This document shows, piece by piece, positions 25,326-30,898 of a DNA stretch of 30,898 nucleotides. The notes under the pieces are model-generated. The model was not told where the DNA came from, searched no databases, and worked only from the letters and a program-made list of their open reading frames with translations. The stretch covers positions 1 to 30,898 of the IMG/VR virus record IMGVR_UViG_3300032234_000816; one strand, 5' to 3'. Position numbers and translations under genes: made by a program. Each line of letters starts with the position of its first letter. Position 1 is the first letter of the stretch. This DNA is from a virus. Its lineage: Duplodnaviria > Caudoviricetes.

Positions 25326-25532
25326 TTATTCCTCTGACTCTAGATCCCACATACGAATATCTGTAACACCTTTGCGAACAGCTTCTGCTTCGTATATATC
25401 TTTTGCATCAACTACAACCTTAACCTTATCAAAATCCACATTGCCTAAAGCTTCATAAACATTTATGCCAGTATGCTGCATATATGATTCTTCAACTACA
25501 GGCTTAACTGCTTTATATGTGTATTTAGGCAA
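25326..25532 (-). CDS. Hypothetical protein
   Basis: 68 aa ORF with GAGG RBS, in operon. Confidence 0.7.
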   Translation of the reverse strand: MPKYTYKAVKPVVEESYMQHTGINVYEALGNVDFDKVKVVVDAKDIYEAEAVRKGVTDIRMWDLESEE

Positions 25533-26424
25533 GTAGGTTCGCCTCTTTCATCTTTGCATAAAGTCCAGATACGATTAGTGTCATAGAAGGCTTGCTCTGC
25601 TCAATCTGCTGATCAATCTGTGCCTTATCCATTCCAGCTTGCTCACAAAGCAAACGGTTTGTTTCATTAATTGTTTCTACCATAAAGTTAATTACTTCTT
25701 GCTCGCTCATTTTTATATCCTTTTCTATTTCTTTTATTATATCATTAACTCTCATCTTGGCCAATTCAAATTGTTCTGAAGATGAATCATTATATATTGC
25801 TTTTCTATTATACCTTAAAGCAGATACAGCAGTGGTACCCGTTCCACCAAATATGTCTGCAACGGTATCTCCTTCTTTGGAAAAAAACGGTATAAGAAAA
25901 TCAGACAAGGCTATAGGAAAAGCATCGGCTACAAACAGCCCTGCATTATGATATTTGAGCAAATCATCATCTATGATGTTCCATGGTATGTCAACTACTA
26001 AACTTTTTAAGCCTTTTATTGGATATTTAAAATTTGTATTTTTACGTATTTGAAGGATGAGGTTTGTTTGTCTTCCATCATGTACTAAATGATAATCTCT
26101 TTCATATGTCCAGAAAAGAGTTTTAAAGATTATAAGGTTTGGACTGTTTGTAATTTGTGAAATAATATTAAAAGAGTTCTCAGTGTTGGGAAGCAAAAGT
26201 AAAATATTGCCATCTTCAGAAAGAGCTCTACCCATAGACTCTACAGACTTAATTATTGCATTATGGTATTCTTCTTCATCTGCTGTATTATTGAGCTGCA
26301 AAGTGATTTCTCCACCATACTTTTTAGGTGTATAAAAAAATGGGGGATGAACCAAAAATAGATCTACGCTATTAGGCTCTAAAAAATCTTCTCTAGCATC
26401 TTCACAATAAAACTTAACATACAT
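25525..26424 (-). CDS. N4/N6 DNA methyltransferase (beta class) with C-terminal extension
   Basis: SVDL...HPPF (motif IV) precedes FP..L and DIFGGTGTT (motif I). Confidence 0.8.
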   Translation of the reverse strand: MYVKFYCEDAREDFLEPNSVDLFLVHPPFFYTPKKYGGEITLQLNNTADEEEYHNAIIKSVESMGRALSEDGNILLLLPNTENSFNIISQITNSPNLIIFKTLFWTYERDYHLVHDGRQTNLILQIRKNTNFKYPIKGLKSLVVDIPWNIIDDDLLKYHNAGLFVADAFPIALSDFLIPFFSKEGDTVADIFGGTGTTAVSALRYNRKAIYNDSSSEQFELAKMRVNDIIKEIEKDIKMSEQEVINFMVETINETNRLLCEQAGMDKAQIDQQIEQSKPSMTLIVSGLYAKMKEANLLA

Positions 26425-26427
26425 AGA

Positions 26428-26622
26428 CTACCACTTTCCCACTGGACACTTAGCTTTTTCAATTTTTGTCTTAAGCTTCATAAAGCAGCCACACTTCTTA
26501 CATGTTTGCTGTTTTGGACGAAACCATTCACAGCTTCTGCATATTTCTAAACGATATTTTTCAAGCTCTTCTGGACTGCGAGGTGAACCGTTAACTAAAT
26601 CCCAAGGCTTAGCATCACTCAT
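26428..26622 (-). CDS. Small Cys-rich protein (DUF6171-like)
   Basis: RLEICRSC...CKKCGCFM..K.....CPVGKW. Confidence 0.7.
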   Translation of the reverse strand: MSDAKPWDLVNGSPRSPEELEKYRLEICRSCEWFRPKQQTCKKCGCFMKLKTKIEKAKCPVGKW

Positions 26623-27224
26623 ACTATCTCCAATTTGGACGGTATATCAATGATATCACAAGAGACAGTAGTCCACAATTGATGAGACATAGTAGGACGT
26701 ATAGTAGCAGACATTCCTGGTATCTCCATTACATATTTGTATCCAGATCCATGCTTTGAATCTTTTCTAGACCAATGCTCAATAGAGTAATCTAGTTTGG
26801 TAGCATCAAAGACAAATAGGTAATAGGTTTTTACGTCATTTTTTGACGGGATATGAGACCAATCCTGGTCTGCTTTTGCTAAACACACATAATAATCAGC
26901 ATGTGTAGAAGCAACAGACTCTACCATTTTCTCTAATGTTTCATGTTTGCCCAAGCGGGAACCGCTAATAACTAGAGTATGCTTAATTGGATCATATCTT
27001 CCTGATTTGACGCTAATGGACGTTCCTGACTCTAAAGTCATGTCTATACTGACGCTATGGCTTCTATCAGGCTTCCAGTCGTTTTCCATACCGTTTTCGC
27101 TTAGGGCATCAGAAACCAACTCTTCTAGAAATTCGGAGGTACACGGAAGTCTATAGACAGAGTGATGGATTTTTAATTTTTCTAGCAAGCTGCCAATTAG
27201 AATATTTTTGAGTTGATCACGCAT
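26619..27224 (-). CDS. Putative PD-(D/E)xK-like endonuclease
   Basis: LEE helix, ID and ISVKS pattern; co-oriented with the methyltransferase. Confidence 0.45.
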   Translation of the reverse strand: MRDQLKNILIGSLLEKLKIHHSVYRLPCTSEFLEELVSDALSENGMENDWKPDRSHSVSIDMTLESGTSISVKSGRYDPIKHTLVISGSRLGKHETLEKMVESVASTHADYYVCLAKADQDWSHIPSKNDVKTYYLFVFDATKLDYSIEHWSRKDSKHGSGYKYVMEIPGMSATIRPTMSHQLWTTVSCDIIDIPSKLEIV

Positions 27225-27372
27225 AGTAAATCCATTGTATCAGACATGCTTGGATTGGTCAATCCATATGTGTCTAGGGGATGGTTTGTATATCTTCTAT
27301 TTCGGCGACGGCTTAAAGGCCCCGCCCGAACTTAAAAGATAATTTAGTTTAGAATACTGGTATAATACAAAT

Positions 27373-27654
27373 ATGACACAACACTCACTCACCACGCTTA
27401 GCAGTTCTTCTGCTACATTACTAACACCAAGCGGAACACACTCTGGTTTGGATATTACTATTCAAAATACCGACTCTACAGCCATTGTTTATATTGGCGG
27501 AGAAGGTGTTACAACCTTAAGTTACGGATATCGTATTTCACCAAATAATGCTTGGTCAATTGAGTTGTCAGGCAAGGATGCACTTTATGCAATCTCCAAT
27601 ACAAATGGATCAAAGATAGCAGTTCTTAAGACAAGCCTAGAGTCAGGAAACTAA
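27373..27654 (+). CDS. Small beta-rich virion-type protein
   Basis: IQN..VYIGG..VT...G pattern; leaderless after TGGTATAAT; precedes the tail fibre. Confidence 0.7.
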   Translation: MTQHSLTTLSSSSATLLTPSGTHSGLDITIQNTDSTAIVYIGGEGVTTLSYGYRISPNNAWSIELSGKDALYAISNTNGSKIAVLKTSLESGN

Positions 27655-27655
27655 T

Positions 27656-30418
27656 ATGGCACGGTTTACCCAAGGTGGTGGATCATCAAATAATGGTGGC
27701 GCAGCCCTTAATTATGTACAAGTAGCAGGCTCACAGCAGACAATCTCATCTGCACCAAATTCAATTATTGATCTTAATATTACTACAACTGGTGCTCCTG
27801 TACAAATTTCTGTAACTGGTGAAGGTGCGAATGCTGCTGGTGGTTCTTGGTTAAGACTTAATCTATTCCGTGGAAATACAGCAATTGGAAACCCCATTCA
27901 ACTTGAATCATCTAGTGCATCTGAGAATGTTCCTTTTGCAATTAATTTTATTGACGATGTAGAAGCAGGTACATATAACTACTCTGCTCGTGTTACATCT
28001 ATTACTGGTGGTAACTGGACATTTGGTGAAGCAGCAGGTCCTGTTATGAATGCCGTTGAACTTACAGGCTTCAAGGGTGATACAGGTGCTGCAGGAACTA
28101 ACGGTACTAATGGTACAAACGGAACTAATGGAACCAACGGTACAAATGGTACTAATGGAGCAGACGGAGCCGATGGTGCAGATGGAGCAGACGCTCTTTG
28201 GAATTATACTGGAGAATACAATGGTGGAGCATCATATGCCGTTGGAGATCTTGCAACATATGGTGGACAACTTTGGTATCGTGCTAATGCAAATGGTGGA
28301 AATGTTGGAGACACACCTTCACAAGGATTCATTTGGAATTTACTAGCAGCAAAGGGTGCCGATGGTGCCGATGGTGCAGACGGTGCTGACGGAGCAGATG
28401 GCTCTGGCGGACTTGTATATCTAGGAGACTATGTTTCAGGAAATGGATATGTTACAGATCTTGCGGTTGTAAGAGGAAGTGATAATAATTTATACATTGC
28501 AAAATCAAGTGGTGGTTTAGCAGATCCAGTTGGTAATACTGAAGAGTGGGATATATTTTCTACTAACACTGGTGGCGGAACAGATAACCACGGCAACTTT
28601 GAGTTTTCAGGTGACACATTAGAAGTTCGTGACAGTGCTATGAGACTTAAGGCTTATGGTGGAGATGAAGTAACACTTCGTGGAGAAATTGAACTACACC
28701 CAGGCAATGACAGTGGAATGTTTAGATTATATGACGATCAAACTGATCAAACATTTGGTGATTCCGTTTGGGCTACCGCTACTTGGACATCAACAGGAGA
28801 TAATTCTAGCCAACTTGCTTTAACTGGAGCATCTCAGGTTGTAAATTATCTTAATGACGATCTAAGAGATTATAATCGTAGAATATCAATCAATAGTAAT
28901 ACACCAGGAATAATTGATGGCTGGGGTACTAACGGAACAGACATAACAATATACATTCTTGATATGCCAGTTGGCGAAGATACAACAGTTTCTAATATTG
29001 ATATTTATTCTGCTCATGCTTCTACAATCAAGATGGACTATGATGATAATGAGATGAACTTTGATGCTCAGAACATGGACATCAACCTAACAACCACAGG
29101 TACTAGAGATATCAACCTTACATCTGCTGATGAAATCAATCTTTATGCTAATGATACTCTTACCCAAAGATCAACCGCTAGCATTAGATTTACCTCTAAT
29201 TATGACACTATAAATAGAAACTGGTCAATGGATACAGAAGGTAGGTTTAACCTTCCTGCAGATGGATATATATCAAACCCTCAAGGATCTGTTGGGGACG
29301 GTACTAGTGACACAATTCACATTGTTCCAGACAGCACTTTAGATTCAGACCAATATATAATTATTGATCCTACTGGTCCAAACCATATTCATATTCGTCC
29401 AGGTGGAGACATTGATAGTTCTAGTGCTGATTTAATTATTGGTGGAGAAATGAACAATGTAACCGTCTCTGACTACACTAGAGATGTTTCTATAAACACT
29501 AGAAAAGCAACTGTTACAAATACATACCTAAATACCAATAGCGCAAGTTCTGTAGATTTTATAACAAGTGATTCAGCAGATATATCTTATGGTGCTATTG
29601 TAAATGTTGACGGTACTGATTTTGTTGTTAACTATATGATGTTCAATTCTCCAGAACCAGGATTACTTACAGTTAGAGCAAGTGGAGCAGTCTTTGAACC
29701 ATCAACACAATACACGTTTATATTTGAGCCAACTTCTACAAACGAATGGCGATTTGAAACCGATGGAAAGATTTATGGTCCAGGTGAAGATGGTGCTCTA
29801 GTACTTGGTGGAGAACTTGTAACTGAAGACGTAAATATGTCTATTAAGTCTAATGGGCAGTCAGTTGTTCTTAATGGAGCAATTGGAGAATTCCTTGGAA
29901 GTTCAGATGACGCAGATAGTCAAATTGCAACTATTGGAGATATAACAACAGCAATAGGTGTTGGCGGTAATGGAGAAGTCACAAGATGGACTCCAAACTT
30001 TACAGCAACTGGTTTAGCATTTACTGGAACAGACTCTACACATCCAACATATAATTCACATTATGTTAAGAATGGTCGTATGGTATCCTTCTTCATTGAA
30101 ATTGATATGGCTACCGTTACAAATTTTGGTACTGGACAATATAAGACAGCGCTTCCATTTGCACCACTTTCTGGAACAATGAATCATTTCCAGTCATGGT
30201 GTCTTTTTGATGAAACTGCTAACCCAGACAATGTAGGACACGCTATTTTGCAAGCAGATCATTTAGCAAATACATCAGTACTTGACTTGCATTACATTAA
30301 ACAATCTGGTGGAGCAAACTCTCCAGTTATGGAAGCAATTTTTAAGCAGGGTAGCCCAGTAACACTAACAACTGCAACCCATGTTTATATCAACGGTACT
30401 TACATAACTGCTGAGTAG
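27656..30418 (+). CDS. Tail fibre/virion protein with collagen repeats and carbohydrate-binding-like modules
   Basis: G-X-Y runs (GTN)n and (GAD)n, Y.VGD..TYGG..W module, Gly/Thr/Asp-rich beta repeats. Confidence 0.8.
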   Translation: MARFTQGGGSSNNGGAALNYVQVAGSQQTISSAPNSIIDLNITTTGAPVQISVTGEGANAAGGSWLRLNLFRGNTAIGNPIQLESSSASENVPFAINFIDDVEAGTYNYSARVTSITGGNWTFGEAAGPVMNAVELTGFKGDTGAAGTNGTNGTNGTNGTNGTNGTNGADGADGADGADALWNYTGEYNGGASYAVGDLATYGGQLWYRANANGGNVGDTPSQGFIWNLLAAKGADGADGADGADGADGSGGLVYLGDYVSGNGYVTDLAVVRGSDNNLYIAKSSGGLADPVGNTEEWDIFSTNTGGGTDNHGNFEFSGDTLEVRDSAMRLKAYGGDEVTLRGEIELHPGNDSGMFRLYDDQTDQTFGDSVWATATWTSTGDNSSQLALTGASQVVNYLNDDLRDYNRRISINSNTPGIIDGWGTNGTDITIYILDMPVGEDTTVSNIDIYSAHASTIKMDYDDNEMNFDAQNMDINLTTTGTRDINLTSADEINLYANDTLTQRSTASIRFTSNYDTINRNWSMDTEGRFNLPADGYISNPQGSVGDGTSDTIHIVPDSTLDSDQYIIIDPTGPNHIHIRPGGDIDSSSADLIIGGEMNNVTVSDYTRDVSINTRKATVTNTYLNTNSASSVDFITSDSADISYGAIVNVDGTDFVVNYMMFNSPEPGLLTVRASGAVFEPSTQYTFIFEPTSTNEWRFETDGKIYGPGEDGALVLGGELVTEDVNMSIKSNGQSVVLNGAIGEFLGSSDDADSQIATIGDITTAIGVGGNGEVTRWTPNFTATGLAFTGTDSTHPTYNSHYVKNGRMVSFFIEIDMATVTNFGTGQYKTALPFAPLSGTMNHFQSWCLFDETANPDNVGHAILQADHLANTSVLDLHYIKQSGGANSPVMEAIFKQGSPVTLTTATHVYINGTYITAE

Positions 30419-30447
30419 TCTTAAATAATGATATAATTAATCTCATT

Positions 30448-30714
30448 ATGACAATTCAAGATTGGGCTTCGTTAATTGTTGCAATCCTTACGATTGTTTC
30501 ATCTATTGCTTTTGCAATTAAGTGGCTTGTAAAACACTACCTAAGCGAGCTTAAGCCAAATTCTGGATCAAGTTTAAGAGACCAGGTTGATAGATTAGAG
30601 GCTGCTTTAGATGAGCAAAGAATTGACTCTCTTGAATACAGAAATCGTCAAGAGTCAAAGCTTGATGAGATGTATAAAATTTTAATTGAGCATATTGCTA
30701 AAACCAACAAATAA
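30448..30714 (+). CDS. Membrane protein of actinophage lysis-cassette type
   Basis: N-terminal TM helix followed by ELKPNSGSSLRD and a coiled coil. Confidence 0.65.
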   Translation: MTIQDWASLIVAILTIVSSIAFAIKWLVKHYLSELKPNSGSSLRDQVDRLEAALDEQRIDSLEYRNRQESKLDEMYKILIEHIAKTNK

Positions 30715-30898
30715 TCTAATTTTCCCATTTTCCTTTATATATAATATATAGGATATCTTTTAAAAACCTTTATTCAGTATATTCTTTTCTTTATATATTT
30801 TAAGTATACACTATCAATAATTTATTGAATAGGTATAATTCGGACATTTGGGTATATTACTAATTATAACTTTTTGATAACAGTTCCAAATACCCTGG

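Noticed and set aside
28072-28400. 9-bp tandem repeats as a non-coding element
   Set aside because: They encode collagen G-T-N and G-A-D triplets with synonymous variation
464-28617. Antisense or alternative-frame ORFs in the track (e.g. 464-706, 5077-5289, 11069-11329, 13319-13603, 21102-21482, 22128-22409, 24908-25145, 28050-28346)
   Set aside because: They are shadows of better-supported genes on the other strand or frame

Overview
The window looks like part of a large tailed phage genome, probably infecting freshwater Actinobacteria. That host call is an inference from many leaderless genes, a gp88-like protein, an NSGSSLRD membrane protein and actinobacterial regulator motifs. There are three blocks. 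(1) 1-11.5 kb is AT-rich and carries glycan/modification enzymes (FkbM and other methyltransferases, GT32, double GT25, Stealth-like, GT60-like, a NodU-type carbamoyltransferase, SGNH-like), tRNA-Arg(UCU), tRNA-Ile(UAU), a CAU tRNA and an HNH endonuclease. (2) 11.5-23.8 kb is a presumed early region of many tiny genes plus DUF932, DUF1281-like, gp88-like and tRNA-Asp, transcribed away from a divergence point near 22.9-23.1 kb. (3) 24-30.9 kb holds FkbM, a 2OG-Fe(II) oxygenase, a DNA methyltransferase with a putative nuclease, a collagen-repeat tail fibre and a membrane protein. The most striking signal is non-coding and lies in block 2. Nine promoters read exactly TGTCAG-N10-TANNNT, the architecture of actinobacterial PafBC (RecA-NDp) DNA-damage promoters. 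They sit among helically phased CRP-type boxes, perfect DnaA boxes, BldC-like GGACA repeats, a GGGCCCGAG boundary motif and a repeated, covarying small RNA pseudoknot. No searches were run; all family calls come from motif recognition.
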